From assembly GCA_013821455.1 (NCBI GenBank), contig JACDGS010000013.1, forward strand, positions 16,904 through 80,903: DNA of 64,000 nt. Reading direction: 5' to 3'. The notes beneath the pieces were generated by a model. That model made no database searches. It was not told the DNA's origin and was given only the letters and a program-made list of their open reading frames with translations. Both the position numbers and the translations under genes were made by a program. Positions within the stretch are counted from its first letter, which is position 1. Every line of letters starts with the position of its first letter. Source of the stretch: Chthoniobacterales bacterium (GTDB lineage: Bacteria; Verrucomicrobiota; Verrucomicrobiia; Chthoniobacterales; UBA10450). Of this stretch, positions 1 to 9,279 are shown one piece after another.

Positions 1-2397
1 CGCGCCGGTGAGGATGGCATTAATTTTCGCCGAAGAAATACGGACAGTGATCGTCTTGTTTTGCTGGTTAAAGAAACCGCGGTCGGCGTTACCGACTACC
101 GTATCGGTCGTGCTGCCGTCGAAGTTACGAATGGTCGTGCCATACTTATAAGAGCGCGTGCCGCTGGCGCTGGTCGTCGCCTGGACAAAGAATTGATCGC
201 CATCGTCCGACAACCCCTTTGAGTAAGAGTTACCGGAAATGTTTACCACCCCGAGCTCCGGCGCGTTGGCCGTGAAATACATTTTCCATGAACCGCTCGG
301 CGGCACCGCGGTCAGGTCGGATACCTTCATGTTCGCGGTGATGATTGGGCCCTGGTTGGAGTCCTGTGAGAGGTATTTGATCGAGATAATATCGACCGAA
401 CTCGGGGCGGGCGTAACCAGAAGCAAGCCGCTATCCTGATCGTAGGCAAAGTCAGTGATCTGTTCGCCCTTGGGCCCGGGCTGCATGGCTTGCGGAGTAA
501 CACCACCACCCGGAGGCGGAGTAGCTCCCGGAATGGCGAACGGTTGCGCGGGCAGACCGGAGCCTTCCACGACCGCCGGCAGATTACCGCCATTAATGGA
601 AGGGCCGGTGATTTGCCGCGCGACATAGGTATGTCCGTTAAAGTCATTGTGGTCATCCGTGTAACCTATGACTGCGGCGCCCTGCGGATCGAAGTTGATT
701 TGGAAGTAATCAATCAAGTTCCTGTTAGGAGCAATCCCGGTCAGCGGCAACCCTTTGAGCGAGATATTGGAAGCATGGTTAGAATGGTCGCTCGCCTGGA
801 CGATGCGGAAGGTCGGGCTCGTCGCATTGGCATCGAAGCTTTGCGCGAAATAGACCCTCCACCTGGAGTCGTCGGTGTTACCCTGGTTATCCGTCCCATA
901 CCACGCCACACCTATCGACCCGGAGGTAGGTCCAGTCGCGATCCAAGGCAGGAGATTCACCACGGTCGCGGGATCGGTCGGATTATTTACGGCTACGGGA
1001 GGAGTCCAGGTCACACCCTTATCGGCCGAGCTTAAGACATAGATATCGGTGCCATTGGAATAACAGAGATAGACAGTGTGATCGCTCGCCACACGCATCG
1101 CGACAAAGATATTCGCCGCGTCCGTCGTCGCCGGGATAGGCTGGTGTAAAGTATAAGTGGTCGGATAACCCAGAATAGGATCGGGAATACCAACAGCTAA
1201 CTGGCCGTCGTTGCCGCTGATGTAAACCGTGCCATCGCCCTGATCGACATCGAGCGAGCCGGTTTGCGCGATGGTGCCGACGACAACGGCCGGGCCATAG
1301 GTAAGACCGCCATCGGTGGATTGCTGAATGAAGGCGACACCCTGGACAAAGTTACGATACTCGAGATAGACCTTGTTATTGCCGATGAAACCCATCCACT
1401 CACGATCGTTCACCGGCACGCCGCCAGCGAAGTTACCGATCGGATTAAAAGTGAAAGTCGCACCATGATCGAGGGAGCGGCCAATGGTGTTATTGGCCGC
1501 GGTCAGACTGGCATAGGCCAGGGACGGTTCGCCGGTCGAGCCAACGCCCGTGTAGGCGCCGAAGCCCACGGCGAGGTCGATGTCGCCGCCGCCGAGCGCG
1601 CCGGCGGAGAGCTGATTTTGTCCGTTCGTGGAGGTAGTAGAATCAGGTTGTCCACGATAAGTCGGGACCCGCATATTAGGATCGAAAGTAGGATTAGAGG
1701 AAGCGCCGATAGTAGGCCGGAGATCGAAGTACCAAAGGTCCACGCCCGCGGGGACACCGCGAATACCACAGACATAGTAGTTGCCGAAGACGTCGACGCG
1801 GCTGCTCGGCTCGCCGTCGGAAGAAGCAGTTTGCGCTTTAACCGGAGAGTTAGGGGCAAAGGTTATCCCACCGCTAATATAGGTGGCGGTTCTGGTCGCG
1901 GGCGCGCTGATGACGGTAACACTTCCCTGAGGCTGATCGGAACCCGGGGGGTTAACAAAATAGACGGCGATGATATTGAAATCGCCGGTGCCATCTACGC
2001 TCGGATTGATGGTCGCGCTCTCACTCGTAGTCGGCGCGCCGTTCGCGGAGCTGCTCACCAGGGCGCCATCACTCCCGTCCGCATTGCGCTTGTGAATATA
2101 AAGGTCGTAGTCATCCGCGGGAAGTGTCCACGATATTTTCACCGCCACGAGCTTGCCCGTATAGATGCCCGGAGCCACGGTCAGGATGAAGGTATCGCGG
2201 TTCGTACCCTCGATCGCGCTCGTCTCATCCGTGCCGCCGGTCCCTATAGCTGTGCCAGCCCAGGTCACTGGTATGATGGTGGCGGGAGTTACAGTCCCGT
2301 TTGTCGGTAAGGCCGCCCGGAGCGAGAGGCAGGGGAGAAGCAATGCCGCCGTCGTGGCGGAAAAGGTTAGGATAAGTCTGGCGATGTTTTTGTTCAT
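1..2397 (-). CDS. secreted BNR/Asp-box repeat (sialidase-fold) protein; C-terminal part lies beyond the window edge
   Basis: Absent from the ORF track because there is no stop inside the window. My own minus-strand translation from ATG 2397..2395 gives MNKNIARLILTFSATTAALLLPCLSLRAA (signal peptide). The frame is still open in every segment I checked, down to NKTITVRISSAKINAILTGA at 60..1. Asp-box S-x-D-x-G-x-T-W match SSADKGVTW at about 1032..1006, and a second, QSTDGGLTY. Plus-strand ORFs 490..1035 and 1264..2310 look like R/G-rich antisense shadows. Confidence 0.6.
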   Translation of the reverse strand, partial: MNKNIARLILTFSATTAALLLPCLSLRAALPTNGTVTPATIIPVTWAGTAIGTGGTDETSAIEGTNRDTFILTVAPGIYTGKLVAVKISWTLPADDYDLYIHKRNADGSDGALVSSSANGAPTTSESATINPSVDGTGDFNIIAVYFVNPPGSDQPQGSVTVISAPATRTATYISGGITFAPNSPVKAQTASSDGEPSSRVDVFGNYYVCGIRGVPAGVDLWYFDLRPTIGASSNPTFDPNMRVPTYRGQPDSTTSTNGQNQLSAGALGGGDIDLAVGFGAYTGVGSTGEPSLAYASLTAANNTIGRSLDHGATFTFNPIGNFAGGVPVNDREWMGFIGNNKVYLEYRNFVQGVAFIQQSTDGGLTYGPAVVVGTIAQTGSLDVDQGDGTVYISGNDGQLAVGIPDPILGYPTTYTLHQPIPATTDAANIFVAMRVASDHTVYLCYSNGTDIYVLSSADKGVTWTPPVAVNNPTDPATVVNLLPWIATGPTSGSIGVAWYGTDNQGNTDDSRWRVYFAQSFDANATSPTFRIVQASDHSNHASNISLKGLPLTGIAPNRNLIDYFQINFDPQGAAVIGYTDDHNDFNGHTYVARQITGPSINGGNLPAVVEGSGLPAQPFAIPGATPPPGGGVTPQAMQPGPKGEQITDFAYDQDSGLLLVTPAPSSVDIISIKYLSQDSNQGPIITANMKVSDLTAVPPSGSWKMYFTANAPELGVVNISGNSYSKGLSDDGDQFFVQATTSASGTRSYKYGTTIRNFDGSTTDTVVGNADRGFFNQQNKTITVRISSAKINAILTGA

Positions 2398-2460
2398 AAG
2401 TGCGGTGGGGTTAACTAGCGTAGGTCTAAGTCTGAGTAGAAATTTTATTGCAGTAAGTGG

Positions 2461-3174
2461 TTATCTAAGAAGATGACTTTGTCGCGACCGCCGGCGACGC
2501 CAGCCGGCCACGAGTCCCAGTCCGCCACAAAGAGCGAGAACACCGGTCGCGGGCTCGGGAATTGCCATCCCGGTGAGTGAGAGCGTGGCAAAGATGGAGG
2601 TGGGTTGATCGAAGTTCGTATCGGGAACACGAATACCATTCGAGCGCGACAAGCCCGTCGAGTCATAGATAGTCGCAGAGAGCAACCCATCCTGAAGTGC
2701 GGTCAGGATAGCAGCCATGTTCTCGGGCGAACCAGTTATCGTGCGGGTAATGAAATCCTTCTGGCCGAAGTCCGTCGAGTTATCATAAGAGTCGAAGCCA
2801 TTGAGCAAGAGGTTCTGGCCCGCAAAGACACCATCGAGGCGCAGACTGAGTGAGTTCACGTCGAAATCATCATCGCCAAACTCAGTCCCATCGCCGGGCG
2901 GAGGATAAGGCGTTTCGTTAATGCCGTTCGGTCCCAAGCCGGTATCACCATCAATCACGGTGAGAGTGATGGTAATGGATTGAATGCTCGAGAGCTGGAA
3001 CTGGCCGGTAAAATTAAACGGGTTAGCCGTGATCGCCGCTGACTCACCCGCGCCGATCCCGCCATTGAAGTTGCTCTGGAGTTCGGTGTCGCTAATAGTC
3101 ACTAATTGCGCCTGGGAAGTAGCTATCGCCGCGCTGGCGAAGACCAGAAGAGTGAGAGAGCGAAGATAAGTCAT
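2461..3174 (-). CDS. PEP-CTERM sorting-domain secreted protein
   Basis: 237-aa ORF with signal peptide MTYLRSLTLLVFASAAIA. C-terminus IPEPATGVLALCGGLGLVAGWRRRRSRQS = PEP motif, TM helix and Arg cluster. Confidence 0.85.
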   Translation of the reverse strand: MTYLRSLTLLVFASAAIATSQAQLVTISDTELQSNFNGGIGAGESAAITANPFNFTGQFQLSSIQSITITLTVIDGDTGLGPNGINETPYPPPGDGTEFGDDDFDVNSLSLRLDGVFAGQNLLLNGFDSYDNSTDFGQKDFITRTITGSPENMAAILTALQDGLLSATIYDSTGLSRSNGIRVPDTNFDQPTSIFATLSLTGMAIPEPATGVLALCGGLGLVAGWRRRRSRQSHLLR

Positions 3175-3198
3175 GCGCCCGGCAGGTTCTGCGATTTG

Positions 3199-3852
3199 CT
3201 AGATATTCCGGCGCAAACGGCGCACTTTGGGGGCGAGAAACAAGAGCGCGCCCGCGCCTAACAGCAAATAGGTTGCCGGTTCCGGTACCGCGTCGCTCAG
3301 GCTAAGAGTAGTGTTGGCCGTCAAAGCATCATTGCCCACGAAGATGTCATTCGGACTTAGGACAGTGTCATTCGCATTATCGGTAATGATCGTTCCGGCC
3401 AGGAACCCATCCTGAAGATTGGCGAAAATGGCGGCGCCGATCGTAGGACTGACTACGCCGGAAAAGGTGAGAGTGTCTTCCAGGCCACTGCCGCGGAAAC
3501 CGTTTAAGGTCAGGCCGGTGTTAACGCCATCGAGGCCCAGGAAGAGATGGTTGAAATCGAATCCTTCACCATCGGTCGAAGAAGAGTTCCCATCCTGCAA
3601 AGTCAGAGTCACTTGGATGAAGGTGATCGAAGTGAGCGAAGAAAAATTCGCGGCGAAGTTATAACCAGTCGTATCGGTGAGCTTCGACGGGATCGTCGTC
3701 GAAAGGCTTTGATTGTTAGGATCATTCTGGGTGCCGTTCTTATTCTCAACTACGGTGGAAGTGATCGTCGTCGCCCGCGCGGCGGCGGGTAGGAGAATAA
3801 GGCAGCTCAGAGCGAGAAGGAGCGTGGTGCGGAAGGTGATCGGTCTTTTCAT
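3199..3852 (-). CDS. PEP-CTERM sorting-domain secreted protein, tandem paralogue of 2461..3174
   Basis: 217-aa ORF with signal peptide and C-terminus VPEPATYLLLGAGALLFLAPKVRRLRRNI. Shares blocks with its neighbour (LDGV..G..LNGF; AAI...LQDG.L..TI). Confidence 0.85.
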   Translation of the reverse strand: MKRPITFRTTLLLALSCLILLPAAARATTITSTVVENKNGTQNDPNNQSLSTTIPSKLTDTTGYNFAANFSSLTSITFIQVTLTLQDGNSSSTDGEGFDFNHLFLGLDGVNTGLTLNGFRGSGLEDTLTFSGVVSPTIGAAIFANLQDGFLAGTIITDNANDTVLSPNDIFVGNDALTANTTLSLSDAVPEPATYLLLGAGALLFLAPKVRRLRRNI

Positions 3853-4149
3853 AAGGGTATTTCTATTCTTTTTGGTGACAGCCGATTCGGAGCGGTCAAG
3901 CCCAGACGTTCTGTTTTGGTGTTATCCGTTTCGTTCGTTCTCGGGGACGCAACCTGTGCAAAAGATTTCTCTTTTTCGGTCAAACCGAGGGGGATGATTT
4001 TAAAGATTGCAACTTGGTGCAAGCTTTCTTTTAGCAAGTCGATAAAAATAGAGGAGCGTTGCGGGTCGTTTCCCTCTAAGTGGCCCTCTATAATGACACA
4101 AATGTAATGCGGAGGACGTCTGCCCAGTGAAGGTTTTGGCCGCCGTAAT

Positions 4150-4941
4150 TTGGAGAAACTCTCGTTACGACAAACGTTCACCGTTTACTCGGTCATCCAT
4201 GCGAAAAAAAACGGCATCGAGTTGCCCGGAATAAGGAGCAGCGCAGATTGTCTTATTCTCATGAAAGAGACACCCGACTCATGCGCGCAGGAGACGCTCG
4301 CGCCGCGAAGCCGCTCGTCCCTCTGGATCGGAGCAGCCATCGCCACGGTGATGACAGCAGTGTCGCTTTATATTAGCCGCGCCAGCGACAAACAGCCCGA
4401 CGCCCAAGCCACGGCCGTGGTCGCGGCAAACGATGTGGCGGCGACAAAGAAAGATTCAATTAATAAAACAATCGCACTAAAAAATATGTCCGACGCCGAC
4501 CTGCACAAAAAACTCACGCCCGAACAGTACCGCGTAACTCGCGAGAACGGGACCGAGCCTCCTTTCCGTAATGAGTACTGGAATAACCACAAGGAAGGCA
4601 TCTACGTTGACCTGATCAGCGGCGAGCCGCTCTTTTCTTCCAAGGATAAGTTTGAGAGCGGCACCGGCTGGCCGAGTTTCACGAAACCGATTGATAAGTC
4701 GAATGTCGTGGAGAAGACGGATCGGAGTTTGTTCATGTCGCGCACTGAAGTGCGCTCGAAGAAAGATGATGCGCACTTGGGACATCTCTTCGATGACGGT
4801 CCAGCCCCGACTGGTCTTCGCTATTGCCTGAACTCGGCTTCGCTCCGTTTCGTCCCGAAGGAGAAGATGGAGACCGAGGGCTACGGCCAATACCTGTCGC
4901 TCTTCAACGCCGGCGCGAAGGACGCGCAGGCGAAGAAATAA
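4150..4941 (+). CDS. msrB: peptide-methionine (R)-S-oxide reductase MsrB with N-terminal membrane anchor
   Basis: C-terminal ~130 aa carry MsrB/SelR signatures ([33 protein letters not shown]). TM segment [18 protein letters not shown]. The track start 4150 is TTG; ATG 4261 (MKETPD) is the more likely start. Confidence 0.85.
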   Translation: MEKLSLRQTFTVYSVIHAKKNGIELPGIRSSADCLILMKETPDSCAQETLAPRSRSSLWIGAAIATVMTAVSLYISRASDKQPDAQATAVVAANDVAATKKDSINKTIALKNMSDADLHKKLTPEQYRVTRENGTEPPFRNEYWNNHKEGIYVDLISGEPLFSSKDKFESGTGWPSFTKPIDKSNVVEKTDRSLFMSRTEVRSKKDDAHLGHLFDDGPAPTGLRYCLNSASLRFVPKEKMETEGYGQYLSLFNAGAKDAQAKK

Positions 4942-4963
4942 AGCGGCGGCGGGGGCAAGTCTC

Positions 4964-5120
4964 CGGGGAGGACGGACTGGTAGCCCGTCGCAGCCGGCAG
5001 TCTGCCGGCTGCATTTGCGCGCAGCGCAACTCATGGGAGCTGACCGATCTTGAGCCGTCCACGCGCCGTGAGTTCGGCGCAACCTGCGCCGAACGACGGG
5101 CTACCAGCCCGTCCTCCCCG
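4964..5120. repeat. nested-hairpin palindromic intergenic element (GGGGAG...CTCCCC family), copy 1
   Basis: 27-nt arms cggggaggacggactggtagcccgtcg (4964..4990) and cgacgggctaccagcccgtcctccccg (5094..5120) are reverse complements with 1 mismatch. Inner hairpins at 4991..5011 (cagccggcag/ctgccggctg) and 5073..5093 (ttcggcgca/tgcgccgaa). Lies just 3' of msrB. Confidence 0.8.
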
Positions 5121-5233
5121 AAGATTTGCATTGAGCCTTGCCCGCCATTTCCTAACCAATCCTATAAATCCTGTTAATCCTGTCTAAAACTCACAAAAAG
5201 GATGAACGCGGGAGGAGACGGGGTGAAAGTATC

Positions 5234-6196
5234 GTGATGAATCCTTCTGCTCACGAGCGCGACGAAGCTTGGCCCGAGTTACCCTTCGCGTCTTGGAAAG
5301 ACACAGCCGAGACGCTGCATATGTGGACGCAGATTATCGGAAAGATCCGGCTCAAACTTTCCCCTTGGATCAATCACTCCTGGCACGTCACTCTTTACCT
5401 GACCGCGCGCGGCCTAACGACTTCGCCGATACCGCATGGGTGGCAGACGTTTGAGCTACGCTTCGATTTCATCGATCACCATTTGCGCATTCTCAAAAGC
5501 GACGGTCGCCAGCACTTGGTCAAGCTGCGCGCGCAATCGGTCGCCGATTTCTATCGCGAAGTGATGGCCGGTCTCGAGGATTTGCAGTTGCCCGTGAAGA
5601 TCGATCTTATGCCTAACGAGATCGCGAATCCGATTCGCTTCGATCTCGACGAATTGCATCGCTCCTACGACCCGGAAGCGGCGCATCGTTTCTGGCGCAT
5701 TCTCCTCCAATCGGATCGCGTCTTCAAAAAGTTTCGCGCGCGCTTTTGCGGGAAGTGCAGTCCGGTGCATTTCTTCTGGGGCAGCTTCGATCTCGCCGTG
5801 ACACGTTTCTCCGGTCGCCCTGCTCCGTCGCATCCCGGCGGCGTTCCGCATCTGCCGCTCGCGGTCGCGCGCGAGGCTTATGCGCAGGAAGTGAGCAGTC
5901 TTGGTTTCTGGCCCGGGAATGCTGACCTTCCCACGCCACTCTATTATTCCTATGCCTACCCGGAACCGGCCGGCTTCGCGCAGGCCGCGGCTTCGCCTAA
6001 CGAGTCTAACTATTCGCCGCAACTGCACGAGTTCACCCTCGCCTACGATGCCGTCCGCACTGCGCGGTCGCCGGACGACCTGTTGCTGGAGTTCGCCCAG
6101 AGCACTTACGACGCCGCGTCGCGTCTCGGGAAATGGGATCGCGCCGCGCTCGACGAGAGCAAGCTCAACCCGCCGAGCCGTGAGGACGCCGCCTAA
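5234..6196 (+). CDS. conserved hypothetical protein, DUF5996-like (family call from memory)
   Basis: 320-aa ORF with clean coding-like composition. The N-terminal block WKDTAETLHMWTQIIGKIRLKLSPWINHSWHVTLYLTARGLTTSPIP resembles the DUF5996 family as I recall it. The stop TAA lies inside a GCCTAACGA motif. Confidence 0.55.
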   Translation: MMNPSAHERDEAWPELPFASWKDTAETLHMWTQIIGKIRLKLSPWINHSWHVTLYLTARGLTTSPIPHGWQTFELRFDFIDHHLRILKSDGRQHLVKLRAQSVADFYREVMAGLEDLQLPVKIDLMPNEIANPIRFDLDELHRSYDPEAAHRFWRILLQSDRVFKKFRARFCGKCSPVHFFWGSFDLAVTRFSGRPAPSHPGGVPHLPLAVAREAYAQEVSSLGFWPGNADLPTPLYYSYAYPEPAGFAQAAASPNESNYSPQLHEFTLAYDAVRTARSPDDLLLEFAQSTYDAASRLGKWDRAALDESKLNPPSREDAA

Positions 6197-6217
6197 CGAG
6201 TAAAGGACTCGCCGGCG

Positions 6218-6487
6218 TTAGTATTCGGCGATCGCGTCGTCGGGATAACAGTAGAGCCAGCGCTCGCCCGGCTGCGCGGAAGCGATGACCGGATGATCGA
6301 CGGCGCGCGCGTGCTTGCTGGCGTGGCGATGCGGCGATGAGTCACAGCACAAAGTAAGTCCACATGTCTGGCAGGTGCGCAAATGAACCCACGATGCGCC
6401 GATCTTGACGCATTCCGCGCACTCCTGTCTCTGCGGACGTTTGATCGTTTCGACCGTCTCGATGTGCGCGCAGGGTTCATTCTTCAT
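6218..6487 (-). CDS. UBP-type zinc-finger domain protein
   Basis: 89-aa ORF rich in Cys/His: CAHIE, CAECV, HLRTCQTCGLTLCCDSSPHRHASKHARAVDHPV. This matches the zf-UBP pattern. Confidence 0.65.
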   Translation of the reverse strand: MKNEPCAHIETVETIKRPQRQECAECVKIGASWVHLRTCQTCGLTLCCDSSPHRHASKHARAVDHPVIASAQPGERWLYCYPDDAIAEY

Positions 6488-6584
6488 CCATGAGCCTATC
6501 GCGCGAACTTGGGGACGAACAATCGCTCTCGGCGAAAGGCGTTTTCCCGGGAGTCACGCCACCATTGAATTTTAAGTTCGGTGA

Positions 6585-7307
6585 TTGCGTCAAAATGCCG
6601 GTGGACGCCTTCCGACGCCCGCTTTACATCTTCTTCCCTGCCGACGCCCGATGCCACGCCGACCCAAGCTCCCTAACGATCCCGACTTCGAGGAATCCGG
6701 TCCACGCCTGCCGGCCGTGAGCCCCCCCTTGGAGCCGGGGCAACCAACCGACCTGGAGCTGATGGCTGGAATCCAGCGCGAAGATCCGGACGCGCTCTCC
6801 CAGCTTTACGATCGCTACAACGGCATCATCAAAGCGCTCATCCTCCGCGTCGTGCATAACGAAGCAGAGGCAGACGACTTGCTACAGGAGATCTTCATGG
6901 AGCTCTGGAATCAGGCAAAAAACTTCTCGGCGCAAAAAGGAAAACCGTTAGGCTGGATGGTAACCCTGGCGCGGCGGCGGGCGATCGACGGCTTGCGCAA
7001 AAAGCAGGCCTACATGCGCGCGGGCGAGCGGTTGCAAAACGAAACCGAACAGCAACCAGATGCCTGGGTGCACAACGCGACCGAGGAGGAAATTAATTTT
7101 TCCGATACGCGCCTCCTCGTGCGCAAAGTGATCAACGGCCTGCCGCCCGCGCAACAACAGGCTATCGACCTCGCATTTTTTCGCGGGATGAGTCAGCGCG
7201 AAATCGCCGCAAATACGAATACACCTTTAGGGACGGTCAAGACGCGCCTCGAATTGGGGCTAAAAAAAATCTACGACGGTCTGAAAGAACTGAGAGATGA
7301 GCTTTGA
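6585..7307 (+). CDS. ECF-type RNA polymerase sigma-70 family factor
   Basis: Region 2 (DDLLQEIFMELWNQAKNF, GWMVTLARRRAIDGLRKK) and region 4 HTH (LPPAQQQAIDLAFFRGMSQREIAANTNTPLGTVKTRLELGLKKI). Start uncertain: TTG 6585 versus ATG 6651. Confidence 0.85.
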   Translation: MRQNAGGRLPTPALHLLPCRRPMPRRPKLPNDPDFEESGPRLPAVSPPLEPGQPTDLELMAGIQREDPDALSQLYDRYNGIIKALILRVVHNEAEADDLLQEIFMELWNQAKNFSAQKGKPLGWMVTLARRRAIDGLRKKQAYMRAGERLQNETEQQPDAWVHNATEEEINFSDTRLLVRKVINGLPPAQQQAIDLAFFRGMSQREIAANTNTPLGTVKTRLELGLKKIYDGLKELRDEL

Positions 7308-7542
7308 AGAATTCCAGAACCGCGCCCGGCTCTACGTCATCGGCGCGCTGGAAGACGGCGAGAATCTCGACTTCGAAGAAGCGCGCGCAGAGTTCGGACA
7401 GAAGGCGGAAGATTTCATTACTGAATGCTATCAACTGCACGAGGCCTTCGCACTCAGCCTGCGTCCGGCAAAGGCTTCCGACGCGCTGAAAGAGCGCCTG
7501 ATGAAAATGGTGCGCGAACGCAAGCCGGACACCGCTCGTTAG
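7297..7542 (+). CDS. small soluble anti-sigma-factor-like protein (no TM segment)
   Basis: 81-aa ORF overlapping the sigma gene stop by 11 nt. N-terminus RLYVIGALEDGE...FEE resembles RskA-type anti-sigma N-domains. The stop TAG lies inside a TCGTTAGGC motif. Confidence 0.4.
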   Translation: MSFEEFQNRARLYVIGALEDGENLDFEEARAEFGQKAEDFITECYQLHEAFALSLRPAKASDALKERLMKMVRERKPDTAR

Positions 7543-7575
7543 GCAAAACCTCCGAGGTCGCGCCCGCATCGCCGG

Positions 7576-8121
7576 TTACTCGTTAGGCGGAGTCGATTCG
7601 TTAGGCGACGCCGGCTGGGTGCTACATTCCATTTCCCGCAGAATAAACTCCTGGAGAAAGCCGTAGAAGTTCACCTGGAACAAACCGAGATCGCGCCGCG
7701 AACCGATCGGCGAGCGATAATGATCGGATAACTCCTCCTCGGTGAAACTGAACTCCGCCGCGAGCGCCAGCCGGGCGCGATTGAGCGCATTCAGCCAGGC
7801 CTCGGAGTTCCCCAGCGGAATGCGCAGCGCACAATTCGCGAAAGGCTTTTCGTTACCGTTGAGCTGCCGCAAGTCGCCCTGCACGGTTTCAGTCGCCGTC
7901 TCGAAAATACGGCGCAGCTCCGGCTCGACATAGAGCTTCCATTCCGCGCAAATTTCCTTCTCGGTCTCCGGATTCGCCGGCGAACTAAAAAGCCGGCGCT
8001 CAGCCGCGGGAATCGCGCGCGGGTTGCCGCTCTCGGGAATCTGGCGCAACAACTCGGCCAGAAACGGATCGATCTCTTTGATCTCCAGCGTGCCGTTGTT
8101 GCGCGAGACTTCCATCGTCAT
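7576..8121 (-). CDS. hypothetical protein translationally coupled to clpS (possibly DUF2017-like)
   Basis: The ORF track gives 7576..8205. The ATG at 8121..8119 (MTMEVSRNNG) overlaps the clpS stop TGA (8120..8118) as ATGA, so I take that as the start. No motif recognised with confidence. Confidence 0.5.
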   Translation of the reverse strand: MTMEVSRNNGTLEIKEIDPFLAELLRQIPESGNPRAIPAAERRLFSSPANPETEKEICAEWKLYVEPELRRIFETATETVQGDLRQLNGNEKPFANCALRIPLGNSEAWLNALNRARLALAAEFSFTEEELSDHYRSPIGSRRDLGLFQVNFYGFLQEFILREMECSTQPASPNESTPPNE

Positions 8122-8420
8122 TCCGTCCGCTCGATCGTCGCCAGGAGGAGATAGCCGTGCAGTTGCTGCACGAACAGTTCCCCGCGCTCGCGCACGCCAT
8201 GCCACAAAATTGATCGGCCCTGCCGGTGCACTTCGAGCATGTGCATCTCGGCCTTTTGCTTCGGGTAGCCGAAGACCTTTTGAAAAACCATCGTGACGTA
8301 GCTCATGAGATTCACCGGATCGTTATGCACCACGACCTGCCAGGGAAGGTCGCGCGCTTCCCTGGTCTTTGTTTCCTCGGTGATCGTCGGGCTTTCGATC
8401 GCGCCGGTAAAAGAAGACAT
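8118..8420 (-). CDS. clpS: ATP-dependent Clp protease adaptor ClpS
   Basis: 100-aa ORF. WQVVVHNDPVNLMSYVTMVFQKVFGYPKQKAEMHMLEVHRQGRSILW is the canonical ClpS core. Confidence 0.9.
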   Translation of the reverse strand: MSSFTGAIESPTITEETKTREARDLPWQVVVHNDPVNLMSYVTMVFQKVFGYPKQKAEMHMLEVHRQGRSILWHGVRERGELFVQQLHGYLLLATIERTE

Positions 8421-8559
8421 GGGAAAATAAGCTGGAGCTTTCCGTTAGGCTGGTAGTCAGTCGCGGATCGCGGAGGCTCCGAGCCAGTCGGGAAGGTAAC
8501 ATGGGGGCGGGTTCCATTCAACCGTGGCGCACGCTTTCGATTCCGGCCTAACAATAAGT

Positions 8560-9255
8560 TCAGGCAGCGAGGAGGCCGTCCGCGATCCGCAATGTGCGGT
8601 CGCCGCGCCGGGCGAGGTCGTCGTCGTGCGTCACGACCACGAGAGTTTTTCTGTGCGCGCGCGCCAGATCGAAAAGCAAATCCATGATCGCCTCGCCCGT
8701 CTTGGAATCGAGATTGCCCGTCGGCTCGTCGGCGAAAATAATCGCGGGATCGTTCGTTAGGGCGCGCGCGATGGCGACGCGCTGTTGTTCGCCGCCCGAG
8801 AGTTCCGGCGGCAGGTGATTGATCCGGTCGCCCAGGCCAACGGCCTCGAGACTCTTGACGCAGGCATCCTTCGCGGCGCGCCGGCCGATCATTCCTGGGA
8901 GCATGACGTTTTCCAAAGCGGTTAATTCCGGAAGCAGAAAATAACCCTGGAAAACGAAACCCATCTTCTGATTGCGCAGCTTCGCCAGAGCCGATTCGCC
9001 AGCGCGATAGAGCTGTCGCCCTTCAAACTCCACCTCGCCCGACTCCGGGCGCTCGAGGCCGGCGAGAGTGTAAAGAAGCGTGGTTTTTCCGGCTCCGGAG
9101 GCGCCGCACAAGAAAATCGCCTCGCCCTGTTGCACCTCCAGCGAGACTCCGCGCAATACTTCGATCCGGCGCCGCCCGATCTGAAAGGACCGGCGCAAAT
9201 CGCGCGCGACAAGTTGGGCTTCCGGCATGGCGTGGCCAGCATTCGCCAACTCCAT
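8560..9255 (-). CDS. ABC transporter ATP-binding protein (LolD/MacB-type)
   Basis: Walker A GASGAGKTTLL, signature LSGGEQQRVAIARAL, Walker B IIFADEPTGNLD. Confidence 0.85.
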   Translation of the reverse strand: MELANAGHAMPEAQLVARDLRRSFQIGRRRIEVLRGVSLEVQQGEAIFLCGASGAGKTTLLYTLAGLERPESGEVEFEGRQLYRAGESALAKLRNQKMGFVFQGYFLLPELTALENVMLPGMIGRRAAKDACVKSLEAVGLGDRINHLPPELSGGEQQRVAIARALTNDPAIIFADEPTGNLDSKTGEAIMDLLFDLARAHRKTLVVVTHDDDLARRGDRTLRIADGLLAA

Positions 9256-9279
9256 CGCGGTCGCAAACGGCGTCCGGGC

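Noticed and set aside
1264-2310. 348-aa plus-strand ORF (and 490..1035)
   Set aside because: R/G/A-rich, low-complexity translation lying antisense to a much longer minus-strand frame that has a signal peptide and Asp-box motifs. This is a typical shadow ORF in GC-rich DNA.
4824-5177. ORFs running through the palindromic elements (4824..5177, 4904..5131, 47365..47609, 61872..62210, 62014..62346)
   Set aside because: They exist on both strands because the DNA is palindromic and encode repeat-derived peptides. These are better explained as structured repeats than as genes.
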